This document shows, in pieces, positions 13,780 through 27,061 of a DNA stretch of 64,000 bases. A model generated the notes under the pieces. That model was not told the origin of the DNA and ran no database searches. It was given only the letters and a program-made list of their open reading frames with translations. The stretch comes from Vicugna vicugna (Eukaryota), in contig MU058213.1 in the NCBI GenBank assembly GCA_013265495.1, forward strand, positions 744,001 to 808,000, read 5' to 3'. The position numbers and the translations under genes were made by a program. The stretch's first letter is position 1. Each line of letters opens with the position of its first letter.

Positions 13780-14780
13780 CAACCCTGTGGCCGAGGACCA
13801 GGTTCTGAGCCACAGTGTGACAACAGCGTCCCTTCTCGAGAAATCCTCCCTTCCTTCTCTCCAAACACTTCTGTGTATATTTCCTAAAAACAAGGACCTC
13901 TCTTACATAACCACACTATAATGATCAAAGTCAGAGAACTGACACTGAAACAATACTATGTCCAATCTCTAGACTTTATGGAGACACTCTCCATTGTCCC
14001 CACAATATCTTATACAGCAAAAGAAATTCCAAGATCACGTGTTACATTCAGTGGTCACTTTCTTCAGTCTTCAGTCATTTCGTTCCCCAGTCTGGGCTTG
14101 TCTGATGCTTCCTCAAGATCAGCTTCGGGTAACATACGTTTGGCAGGAAAACCACAGACTAGCACTGAGGTCCTGCCTGCACACTTGTCCTGTCAGGAGG
14201 CAGCTGCTGTCCGGCGGTCCTATCATCAGCAATGTTTACTCTGATCATCTGGTTAAGGTGGCATCTTCCAGAGTTCTCCACTGCACAGTTACCATTTTGC
14301 CTTTTGCCAAGAACAAGTACTTTGTGGCGATGCACTTGGAGAGAAGCTAAATATCTTGCTACTCATCAAAGCTGAACACCCTACTTTCAACATCCTTTAA
14401 TGATTCTTGCCTGAACCAAATTATTATGATGTTGGCAAGTGGTGACTTTTCTGATTCCATCATTCCTTCTGCATTTTTAAATTTGCTTTCTAATGTAAAG
14501 AGGAGTGTTCCTGCCTCCCTAATGTATTCATTCATTTACATCGGTATGGGCTCACGGATTCTCATTTTAAGAGATCACAATCCTTTCCTATTATTTATTT
14601 TGATGTCCGACTCATCCCTGATTTGCTCAGTGGGACCCCATCAGGCAGGCCCTGGAGACCTTCTGACAGGCCCCCACCATCCTGGGCATGTCTTACTGCA
14701 GGCTCCTATTCTTTCCTGCCCGCCCCCCACCCCCCGGAAGCAGCCACCCCTCCAAGAAGTCTTGGTTTCTTTCAGTTGCC
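13780..14780 (-). mobile_element. Old L1MC-like 3' fragment
   Basis: GTGTATATTTCCTAAAAACAAGGAC...GATTCTTGCCTGAACC...TCCATCATTCCTTCT motifs typical of L1MC 3' ends. Confidence 0.6.
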
Positions 14781-17700
14781 CCATTTCATTGTGAGGAAAG
14801 AACAAAAGAGTGAACAGGTTAAAAAGCTGTAAAAAAACAAAACAAAACAAATTGCTAAACTGTAGAGTGCTACACGAGCGTGCAATTATTACACCATGGC
14901 TTCTGCGAAAACACTGAGTTGTTTATAGCCACAAACAGCACATTAGTCTTTTATGGACACATTCTTCACAAAACACACTGAATGAAATTTAAAAACAGAC
15001 TGAATTTTTCTAGTTTCTTATAGGCCTTTTCCACAAGCCTTTACCAGCTCCAAGCTGCGAACCTATTCCAGATAGTATTTCACTTTGAAACTTGATGTCA
15101 GTATTACTGCTGCTCCCCCCAGTTCAGCATTATATTGCTATTTCACGTCTCTCTTACAAAAAAAAGAAAAAGAAAAAAAGATGACTTGCCAACCAAAATA
15201 GGGCCTCCTTACACAATGCGAATTTGAACACATCCCAACTATTAATTATTTTTTCTCACTGCATTTTCTTTCCCCATATGCAGATTCACTCCCAACCCAC
15301 TCTATCCTGCTTCTATCAGCCCAGTCTCACATCTGCTGAATTAAAGAGGTTTTGTTTTTTTTTTTAAAGTTGAAATACCAGGAAATAAAAACAAAAACAA
15401 AAAAACTGGAAACAAGCTTAACAGGTTCTGTAAATCATTTGTGGGAGTTCAGATCAGGGTCGATGTGGTTTCTCCTTTGCCTTCTGATGAACTACCCCTT
15501 CAGGACTTAACTTTGTCTTTCTTTAAAAAAAAAAGAAACGATGAGCACAAGCAGCTGCTTTCTATAATAAGAACTTCCTAGAATATAATGATAACCGTTT
15601 AAGAAACCCCACCAGAAGGTAAGTGGCAGGAGGAGGGGGTGCCTCCTCGTTGGAGCTCCTTGCAGCATAACCGGAGCGGAGCGTCCGGAGCCGGCGGGTC
15701 CCAGCCCCGCGCAGCCGCACACCAGCTGCGCCTCCGCCAGCCTCCCCGCCGCCTCGCGTCCCGCGCAGGGTTGTTGGGATGAGCATCCACGCCTGGCACA
15801 AAGGGAGCACCCGAGGAGTGTTAGCTATTATTCTTCAGTGTGGCACACTGTGGGTACCCAGTAGATATTTATTGAAAGCATAAGGTAAATGCTCAGTGAT
15901 TATTAAAGTTCAATCAACTGCAGCAATCCTGAGCAACCGGTTTTGGTGGGCTAACGTAACTTTTAAGCCGCTTTCCCTTCTTTTTCTGTGTCTTTCCGTA
16001 TTCCTAACCCATCATCTCTGCTTCATTCTGCCAAGCAATTCTCAAATTTGATATATATTCTTCCAGACCTCTTCTCGGCATATATGTATGTATGTGTATC
16101 AGCCAATTACACTCCACATACAATTTTGGGGACCTGTTTTTTTACCTGATATGTTTATGGGTGTCTTCCCATGTCAAATGTAATTATCTGTTATTTTTAA
16201 TGGCTGCAGAACATTCCACTGTATGGATACACCGTTATCTAAAAATTCCCTACCAGTGGACACTTACTATGCTCTGCGGCCTCTGTGATACTCCTTTGAT
16301 AAATTCCAACTCGTGGCATTGCTCAATGAAAGGGAAAGCACATTTTTAAAGGCTTTCAGGGCACGCGGCCATTACCCACCATTCACATCATGTCTCCTGC
16401 GTGACAGGTGCTGGGCTGAGAGCTGTACACTCAGCCTGAGGTCACAGGCTTTATCCTCATTTCTACAGAAAAGGAAACAGGCTCAGAGAGGCTAAGGACC
16501 TTATGCACACCCACCTGGACCCCTAAGAAAAGACAGATTCCTCCCACCATGGGGTCAACTCTGGGCAGGTGGCTTTGATTCTTCAGAAAATCAAGGACAA
16601 GGTGAGGCAGTGACAATGGCTTCCTGGTCAAGGAGACACCCCAACCTTGGATCCCCCACACTTCCTGATGTAGCCAGAGCAATGGCTCAGTTAGACCAGT
16701 TGTTAAGAAACCTGCCTTCGTCCTGGCTCGGCACCAGCTGTCTGGGAGAGGGGGTACAAAGTTAGAGCCAGAAAGGGTCCTACTGTTTCAACAAGCAGGT
16801 GGGAGCACTGTCCCTGTGCAGGCCTGTCACTTCTCGGGAAAGGACAATGAAGCCTGAGGGGAGGGCAGGACTGATAAATTAGAGGTAAACAAATGTCTCC
16901 TCTGAGCCTGTGCCCTCCTCTGTAAAAGGAAGGTGTGAAAGGTTTATCTGGATGGGATCTTGGAAATAATCTGTAATCCTGGCTTCAGGCAAAGATGAAC
17001 TTTTCATCAAGATGTGGCTTCCTCTCAACTTTCAGGGAATAGTTTTGTTATTTATTTTGTGATCAGAGCACACAGGAACCTAAAGTAAAATGTAGAACAT
17101 GCAGGTTAATACCCATGAATTCAGGCCATGAAAATTCAGAAAGTGAAAATACACAACAGTGCCACTCCCAGTGTTCCAGAGGCCGTGGAATAACGGCCCC
17201 AGCAGCAAAAGGCTCTAAAATCTCCCTGACAATGAACACTGTGAAATCGACTGCAAACACAGACACAAGTTCAAAACAAGTGAGAGGTTTTAAACAGGAA
17301 AACAGAACTGTTTTGAAAATGAACTTGAATAACCTTCTAAATTTTGCACCAACATACAGTATTGTGATGGCCACTATTTGGTAGAAGAGCAAAGGAATCA
17401 AGGAGGAAAAATTCTTCAAAGCTAATTTTTAGAAACTCATTCTGTCTGATTCTACTCCAAGGTAGAATGGGGTGGGATGTATATAGAAGCCTCAAACAGT
17501 TGGATGGATGGAAAAATATTTACAATCACGTGACCTCACCTGTACTTGTCAGAGATTTTTGAATTGCCCCCAAACCATATATTAGCCACAAACTGAAAAA
17601 ACCTACCCTGAATTCCCAAATTAAAAGTTGCAAGGGTTCAGTTATGGTGCAGCCTTTATGATGGAGTACTACATGGTTCCAAATCATAATTTTTAAATAC

Positions 17701-18818
17701 TGACAGTGAAAAGAACTGTAAAATGACACAAGGAGCTATTCAATCCATTGGGTTAAATTAAAACCAGACTCAAACTATACCTAGTACAGTCCCAAGTACG
17801 CTTATAAATACAGACACAAACACGAGCAGAGAAGCTCTGAAATACATCAAAATATTGAAAGTGGCTACCTCTGGGTGGCAGGGTCATGGAGGATTCATTT
17901 GTCTGCACGCCTGAATCTGCTACGGTGGACATCACTTCACTGGGACAGTTTCTAGAGCCACCTGCATTAGCTGGCTCTGTGTAACTACGAATGCAGAGCA
18001 AGGAGAAGGGGAGAGGAAATTAAAGGCAAGTTTGCTTTCTGCTCTTTCTGACACGGCAGGCTACACGCAGAAGAGCAGCTGGAAGGAGACTGCTCTGCTG
18101 GGAAACTCACGTCTACAAGCCTCCGGACCCACAGCATATTTCCTTAGAATGCAGAAAAAGTGAATCAACATCTTTGCTTCAGACTAATCCAGAAATTTGA
18201 TTTTTCTAAATTTCTCCCTACACCATAAAATCAGAATATACCAAGACTCTAGCCATAAAGCCCCTGAGAACAAAACCTTTTAGAAAGTCACACTGAGAAC
18301 AGAGAAGTGAATAGCATTGGATGATAAAACCTGTGATTTCCCACATTTTGTCTAGATTTGTGCCTACAGAAATAACACAAATCTTCTTCGAGCTGCTCTG
18401 TTCCTAGACAAGAATAGAACCTTCCCCAAAGGAGCTGGGACCCTGGATGAAGCCCCCACACAGGCCCACCAGGCGGTCATACATGTTGTCTGAAAGGAAC
18501 ACGGCCTCCCTCCTGCTGCCTGTTCTCAGCCTGGATATCCGATCATTTAGCAGTTTAATTTCAAGTTTAGAACTCTTTAAAGTTGAACTCTCTCCCTTTC
18601 TTCTTGATCTTGACTCCCACTCCAGTATTCACATAAAAGCAGTAAATGCACAGATGGCTATAGAATGAAAAGTATCTCTACGTCCCCCCGACTCTCCTCT
18701 CTAGAGGTAACAGGTTTCCCAGATGTAGCACACACACAAGCATCTCATTTAATGAGGTCATGTCATATACACTGTGGGGCATTTTGGGTTTTTTTACTTA
18801 ATATTGACATCTTTTCAT

Positions 18819-18843
18819 ACACACACACACACACACACACACA
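18819..18843. repeat. (AC)n microsatellite
   Basis: About 12 consecutive AC units. Confidence 0.9.
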
Positions 18844-19094
18844 TACGGAGGTTTTTTCCCCTTTCTAATGTGACTCTCAGCTTTCTGAGAGGTGGCCCAG
18901 CACGGTGAGGAGCCTGGTGACTACTGCCCCTTCTCCCTCAGAGTGGCTGCATAACCTCTGGGAAACCCTTTAACCCTTCCTTGGATCTCAGCTGCTTCCT
19001 CACCCATAAGGAAAAGGGTGGAGTTGCTGGGAGAAGAAAACTTTCTGAGCCTCAAGGCTGAGGCTGAAACAGGGGACTCCTCTAGTTTTAAGAG

Positions 19095-19543
19095 CTGTGT
19101 AATAGCATTCCCCCCGGCCGCAAGATGTCCACATCCTAATTCCCAGAATTACCTTAGTGTTACCTTAGTGGCAAAAGGGACTTTGAAGATAGGATAAAGT
19201 TCAGGACCTTGAGACGGGAAGATTATCCCGGATTATGCAGGTGGGCCCAATGTAATTAATTATAAGGATCCTTACAGGAGGGAGGCAGGGGGCTCAAAGT
19301 CAAAGAAAGTGGTGTGATGTCAGAAATGAGGTTGGAGTGATGCGAGGCCATGAGCCAAGGATTGCAGGCAACCTCCAGCAGCTGGGCAAGACAAAGAATG
19401 GACTCTCCCATAAAGTCCCCAGAAGGAATGCATTCTGACCCATTTTAGACCTCCCCCCTCCAGAACTGTGGGAGAATACATTTATGTTGCTTTAAGCCAC
19501 TCTGTTTGTGGAATTTGTACAAGAGCAACAGGAAACGAATACA
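19095..19543 (+). mobile_element. MaLR solo LTR (MLT1D-like)
   Basis: AAGATGTCCACATCCTAATTCCCAGAA...GGCAAAAGGGACTTTG...GGAAACGAATACA. Confidence 0.75.
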
Positions 19544-19952
19544 AGCTGTCACCTGATGGTTCTAAAATGCCTTAGAGTCAAGTAAGGGAGCGCCTACCCA
19601 CGGTAGAAGGTAAGCAGAAGGCAATGAGGGGAACAGGTGCTGAGAAGCAGGAAGCCCTGGGGGAGGGAGGGGAAGGCAGAGCAGGGACTCGGGGTGGGGG
19701 CTGTGGAGTTTGATGTAGGCTGTCTTCCCCTAGGCCACCATAAATGCCCTTCCTGCTGTTAATGCCAGCCCAGGATCTGACATGGGGATGAGGGCCCAAC
19801 AGGACGGACACTGGACTGAGGGTCAAAGGGATGGGAGCTGAAGAAATGAGAGTCTGGGGCTCAGTTAAGTTCACTTTCCTCCAAGTTTATGCTCTGTAAT
19901 TTTGTTGTGTTGACTTTTTTAAGGCAAGAATTTAGGCAAGTCAGAGCTAACA

Positions 19953-20065
19953 GAAGGCTGACCAACTGTCCCGGTTTGCCCAGGACCGAAGGGCTTCCTA
20001 GAATGCAAGGCTTTCTGTTTTAAAACTGAAGAGTCCCAGATGCACCAGGATGACTTGGTCACCTC
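19953..20065. mobile_element. hAT-Blackjack MITE (MER94-like)
   Basis: Inverted termini GGCTGACCAACTGTCCCGG...GGATGACTTGGTCACCT. Confidence 0.55.
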
Positions 20066-21029
20066 AGCTTGCAGCCTAAAGGTTTCCCAACAGGGCCACC
20101 TATAATACAATGACACCAAAATGCAAAAACACACACGCTCAGGAAGAGGCTGAAAGACCGGAAGAGAGAACAGCCCAGTGATCCAAGACCATGGATCTTG
20201 GTGGGACAGACTGTGCTCAGTGCTTCCGTGATCCCAGGGGGCTATGATGTATGGAGAGGCCAGCCTCCTACGAGGGTCACCCTTGTGGACCTGAAGACAT
20301 CAGCGATGGGACAGGGCTTAGGGCCAAAAGGAAGGCTTAAGCCATGTGCCAAAGTCCTTAAGAAATAAGGAGCCTGGATGGGGGCAAGTAGGGGGTTCAG
20401 GAAACAGCAGCATGGAGTGTGGTGGGGGCAGTGGAGGGGAAAGGGAGATCACTGAATGGTTGGCGCCTCAAAGGAGCAGGGTTTTATACGGGAGTGGAAG
20501 AGAAGTGATCCAGAAGTGCGGAAAAAATAAAGGGCACCATGACCAAGTGACTTCTGGGCTTTTTAACTCCAAAATTCTGACATATGCAGGTGGGGATAAA
20601 TCCTCCCACTGTGGGTCCAAAATCTGGCCCTGGCCTCTGAGGGTACTGCATTCTTGGCAGGACATGGGTTCCCTGTTGGAAAGTGGCTCTTGACTATCTC
20701 TGTGCCTTAAGGCAATTTACCAATCCACAGAAAAGACTGAAAAATATCCCAGTGGGCAGCCTGTACTCTTCAGTAGAGTTTCTGGAGACCGCCCTCTGCA
20801 TAGAGCACTAAGGGTTTTGGCAAAAAAAGCTGAAGTGAGGCTGGGCTGGAATCCTGGTTCCACTACTTACTAACTGGGATCCTTTCACCTCTCTGTGCCT
20901 CAGTTTCCTCATCTGTAAAACGGAGAAATCAGACGACCCACCTGAGAGGCACCAATATACTGCTTACAGCACCGGCGCTATCGTCTGCAGGGTGTGGGAA
21001 TTTGCAAAGGGCAATGGGGCAGACCATCA

Positions 21030-21495
21030 TCCATCCCCTACTTCTTCTCTGGTAACAGAACCCAACTTTAGGGCTGGTAACGTGCCCAGCTCACTTCTCC
21101 CTTTCTCAGCCTCCCTTGCCTTAGCCATGTGCCTTAGTTCTGGCCAATGAAGTGCAAGCAGAAATCTGTTGGGGAGAAAGGAAGGTTTTGAAAATAAGTT
21201 TGGCCTTCCTGAAAAGAAGGAGAAATAGAGGCTGGTACTCATGTCCCCCCTTCTTCCAGCCCTGGATACAGAGGTGATGTTTGGCCTGGGGCCATTATAT
21301 TATCACCATGGGGCAAATGCCAGTGCTCTCAGGTAGTGGAGAAAAAAGTGTGGGTTCCTGGAGGCATGTTGGCAGCTGAATCAGAGCTGGTGATCACCTC
21401 CCCTTGTTCTTGTTAAGAAAAATAACTCCTAATTTGCTTAACTACTTTATTTGGAGTTTATAGTTAATTGTAGCTGAACACATTTCTAAATGGTA
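21030..21495 (+). mobile_element. Old MaLR LTR (MLT1J-like)
   Basis: CCCAGCTC...CAGCCTCCCTTGC...GTTCTGGCCAATGA and terminal GCTGAACACATTTCTAA pattern. Confidence 0.5.
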
Positions 21496-22199
21496 TAGGG
21501 CTTAGCCTGCCTCCTATTTAAAGGAGGGCCCTACAAAAGCACAGCACATTCGAGATTCAGGTCAGCTGTTTCTATCAAGTGATTTTTTTTTCAAAGAAAG
21601 GAATCAGGTGCTAAAGGATCTAGTAGCATGAACTCCATTTTTCTTTTCCAAACAGGATGGAGAGGGGATAATAGCAACAGGAATGGCAGAAGCACAACGT
21701 ATAGGTGTGCCTAAGGGCACCGTGGGGAGGCTGTGTTCAGCAAGGGGCTGAAAAGAAAGCAGATAAAGCCACTTCCCCAGGCCTAGCCTGAGCCCAAGCT
21801 CTGCTGAGGACAGAACATCTGACAGAGTAAAGGGCAGCTGATCCCACCAAGAGTCATGTAGCCTGGCTATTTTGTTGCACACCCATAAAAATCACAGAGC
21901 TGGTTCTGAATTATGGTTGTAGTCAAGAATGTAAGTGTATTTACGATTGATACTGCTCTTCCATGCCAACCACACCGCATCCATCCAAAAGCTTCTTAAA
22001 CAGCCTTAAATGAACTAAATGTTTGGATCTGGTAAGCTCCTCTGCTTCCCTTCCCCTCATCTGGCTCTCCACCTTCAAAAAGAGGGAACAGAGTGGAAAA
22101 GTGAGCTTTTAAATCAGAATCTGATTCTCTGCAAAAGCAAAATTAAGAAAAGACAACTGTGATAGAGAAAGCCGAATGTTGTAGAACAAGAGTTTATCC

Positions 22200-23100
<901 letters not shown>

Positions 23101-26024
23101 AAGGTGCTAGGTGACTTGCTGAAGGACGCGCACTTAGTGAGGGCGGAGCTGGGATTCCAACCCAGGACTGCCCGGCCTCTGGAGGTTTGGTGAAATTCCA
23201 GCTACACAGCCCTGCCATCACCCCTTCCTCCCACTCCCCCGCACAGATCTCCCCTCCTCGCGACTTGATGCGCTTGCCCAGTGGCTTCTACGTGCAGACA
23301 GTGGACGAGAGAGGAGAAGACAAGGGGGCCTGGCTCGTGGCACTGGTACCCGGCCTGAGCCCTGGGAGCTCTGATGCTCCCCCTACAACGAACTGAAAAC
23401 TTTACTCGATTGTTGACTTAAATATACAAAAATAAAACTACTTCTGGGTTATGAGGTCTTTGCCCTTGCTTTTCTTTTATTCACTTGGGTATTAAGTTCC
23501 TAGCTTGAGGACAGCAAAAGCAAGTAGTGATGGGGCTGGGGGCACACAGGGGCCCAACTCAGGGCTTCTGAGCCTATGCACAGTGATCTCAGACACACCA
23601 CTCCTGAGGTGACTTCCACCTTAGAATGAAGTGTTGCTAGAGGTTCCCTCAAGGAAGCAAGCTTGGTGACTTTGTGGCTGACTCCAGCATCCTCTCCTTC
23701 CAGTTCCTTATAGTGCCAGGCACCGTTCCAAGTGCTTTACATTAACAACTCACAGCAGTCACCCTGAATGGGTACTACTGTCACCTCCATTTTACGAATC
23801 AGGAAATAGAGGCACTGAAAATTTCAATGATTTGCTTGATTCACACTCTCAGAAACAGTTTCAGAGTTCTTAGAGCAAAAAGTTAAGAGCACAGGCTCTC
23901 TCTAGATCAGACTGCCTGGGGGGTAAATCCTGTGTGCTGTGTGGCCTTGAGTAGCTTCCTTAATTTTTCTGTGTTTCAGGCCCTTCATCCATAAATAACA
24001 CCTCCTTCATAGGGTCCTCATCAGGAGTGACTCCATGGAGCATTCAGAGCCACACATGGCAAAGTATTAAGGCTGCCTGGGACCCTTGAGCAATTCACAC
24101 GAAGTAATTTAAATGAGATAGTAAGTCATGGGGGGCGCTTCTCACAAGGGTCATCCCAGAAGGCCTGGGGAAGGCAGCATCCTCTCATCACCTCCTCAGG
24201 CTGGCACCTCTTGGCCCACTGTGGGATGTGTGAGCCTGCCTCAGGGTCTGCCAGTTTGTGAAGACCTGGGATGAGTGGCTCTTCATACTGGTGTGTGCCC
24301 TCCTCTGAAGATTCTCTGTGTAAAATAATCCCCACACACATCCTCCCTAAACATCTGGAGAGTTTACTATCTAGAGATGAGGCCATGTTAACTTTTTAAT
24401 GGATGGCAAAGTTTGCAAAGTGCCTTCCTGTGCTTCAGAGTTCACTGCTTTTTATAAGTGAGGAAGTGGACGTCAGAAAAGTTGAGATCTGCTAAGTTTC
24501 AGCAGTGGTGGAGTTACAGGGGTGCCCCTATCCATGAAAAGTGTCCACTGGGGGCTGTGTCTACATAATCCCAAACACCTGAATTAAAAATTAAATGTCA
24601 ATCATTTGGATGTCTCCTAAGCCAAAGGAGTCCATCTGAATATTTGGGAACCCCAAGTGCTTGTGGTGGAGATGGCTGGCGACAATCCTCTGAAGGATAT
24701 CTCTAGGCAGGGTTCTGACCTGGGAAGAATCTGTGATGCTACAGAGGACATGACAGCTGGGATTCTGGGCTCGTTCTATGCACAGAGGAAATTGTTTCAA
24801 AAACAGATAAGCTGGATTAATAAATAACACTGGATGGTAGGGCCACCAGAAAGCAGGTTCAAGAACTGAATGTCCTCAGTTTGCAATTTGCAAATCCAAG
24901 TTTAGAACACAGTGTGCTGCAAGTAGAAGCCTGTTACACTGAGCCTGAATCCCACGACATTAGGATTCCTATGCTGTACCAAAGCCTGTGTGCCACCTGA
25001 GGCTGCTTACTTGCCATTTGCTTTATAGGAATTTTTAAAATGTGATTACTGTCAGGGATTACAGTGGGACCAGAAGGATAAACACAATCTTCCCTCTGCA
25101 GTTAGATAAAATGTAAAAGTTATCTTTCCTCTCTTAAATATGTTTTGTATTTCGTTGAGTTGATCACTGGGGATTTCCTACTGAGCTTGTGGGGAAGAGT
25201 GCTTTACCACCTGTGACCAGGTGGGGCTCCACTCAGCCGCTCTACTGAGCACAGCTTTGCAAAAAATCCTGTGAGACAGGACTCATTCCTAGAGCCTCAG
25301 CCATGCTGTTGCAAGATCTGAAGCCTGTGCAAAGCCATCTCTGGTGAGGATTAACCTGTGTACTTTGAAAAGTGCCAGGATTTGTGTTCAGTCCCTACCC
25401 TCAACTGAGGGCTTAGGCCCAAGAAGCACTTTTCCCTGAGCTTGATTTTGCTCACTACTGATGGCCTGTATGGTTCAGTCTTCACCAGAGCTGTTCCTAA
25501 GGACAGCTGGCCCAGGGCCTTTGGGAAGGTGCTCCCAGGCTGTTTATTTACCAGAGTCCCTTTTAGCTTGGTTGCCTGCCAAGCCGACTAGGAGAAGATG
25601 GAAGGAAAAAGCATTAGTCCTAACAAAGCGAAAACATGTATTAAACACTTCCTGTGTTGAGGACTGTTTTAAACACTATCAAATCAACTCATTTTTGTTC
25701 CTCCCCAAACCCTATGAGATAGATTGCCATCATTGTTGTTTTTCCAGATGGGAAAACAGACCTCCTGGGAGAAGTGAGATCCATTGGCTCAAGGCTCCCA
25801 AGGGACGTAACTAAGAGTTGAACCCTGGCAGTCAGAGACCAGAGTCCACTTCCTAAACCCCCACACTGTGCTGTCGTGTCCATCCTGTGTGTGCTGCCAG
25901 TGTTTGTGTGTGTAAACTGATTCCATAGCAACTCATCTGTCACAGAACCCTCACATTAGACAGTGTTTAAAGACAGGTAATGGCTTAAATTTTTTAAAAA
26001 GTGGCTTTAAAAAGTGGCACTTAC

Positions 26025-26150
26025 AATTTCTGCACATATTGAACAGTAGCTGAGCTGTTGAGATTTCTTGAAAACTGTTCTCAGAGCCCGTTGTTTGAAA
26101 CAGTTGTCACAGGAGCCAAAGACATTAACTAGAAAGGTCTGATCACACAT
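26025..26150 (-). CDS. GNB5: GNB5 long-isoform (Gbeta5L) N-terminal exon [42 protein letters not shown]; exon spans 26025-26168 including 18 nt 5'UTR
   Basis: Manual translation gives the known 42-aa retina-specific extension; acceptor ttttttcctctctctctttcAG (26169-26170), donor GTAAGT at 26024; phase 0 into ATG 22753. Confidence 0.95.
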
Positions 26151-26541
26151 CTTTCCCCCAAGATGAAACTGAAAGAGAGAGAGGAAAAAAGAGATGGGTG
26201 TGTGAGAAAAGCTAACAGAAACAGCTTTTTAAAACGTCATCATCGTGTATGATCATGGTAGTTGCTCAGATCTCTCCCTGCGGAATAGTCTATGCAGTTA
26301 ATTTGTAACCTTTGATATATCACAACACCCTAGGTCAACACCAGTTCTTTTACATAATCAGTAAGAAAGTGTCAGACAACAGATTTTCTGAACTTACGTT
26401 TAACCACAGCTCACAGGCATGGACACAAGTGATCTTTGCAGCACAGTATTAATCCTGTGGGGCCTCACAATGGAAAGCAGTTGTAATGGATACTAGAATT
26501 TAAAACTTAAAAAAAAAAATTCCCCTCCTCAAGGCGGACTT

Positions 26542-26576
26542 TGCAGTCAAATGCTCTACCCCTGAGCTATACCCCC
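26542..26576 (-). pseudogene. tRNA-Cys(GCA) 5'-half retropseudogene (tailless)
   Basis: Minus strand GGGGGTATAGCTCAGGGGTAGAGCATTTGACTGCA matches recalled tRNA-Cys 5' half and ends at the anticodon; no T-arm or B box; flanked by a degenerate direct repeat. Confidence 0.85.
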
Positions 26577-27033
26577 TTTCCTAGGGCAGACTTTGGAGTA
26601 AAGACAAAAGTCAGAAAATGGCAGAGCCTGACCTCGACCAATGCCATGAGGCCAAGAAAATGCGGTGTTGGTTCCCTGCAAGGAACACATCTCATTAATG
26701 AAACATTTGACAGTCACAGCCCCAGGGGTGGCTGCCTGTCCACCCAGAAGTCAACAGACAGGCGCAGGCTACTGAAGGGAGGACAGGCTTGAGGAAGCAA
26801 AATTGTCTAGTGCTAAGGGTGGGGCTCTGGCTGACCAGATCCTGGCCCCACTACTTAGGTGTTACTTGACCTCTCTAAATCTCTGTTTGCTAATCTGTCA
26901 AATGGGTACTTGAAATCTATCATCATAACATTGTCAGGGGAATTATGAGGGGCAGTGCATGGAGCATTTGGCTCAAAGCCAGGATACAGTGAGTGCCACA
27001 TGGAGGATTTGCTGCCCTGCTAGTGGGTACGAT

Positions 27034-27061
27034 AGCAGCAGCAGCAGCAGCTGGAGCAGCA
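27034..27061. repeat. Interrupted (AGC)n trinucleotide repeat
   Basis: AGCAGCAGCAGCAGCAGCTGGAGCAGC in GNB5 long-isoform intron 1. Confidence 0.8.

Noticed and set aside
17063..17419. Overlapping antisense ORFs (118 aa and 89 aa)
   Set aside because: No homology recognised and no supporting splice or promoter signals
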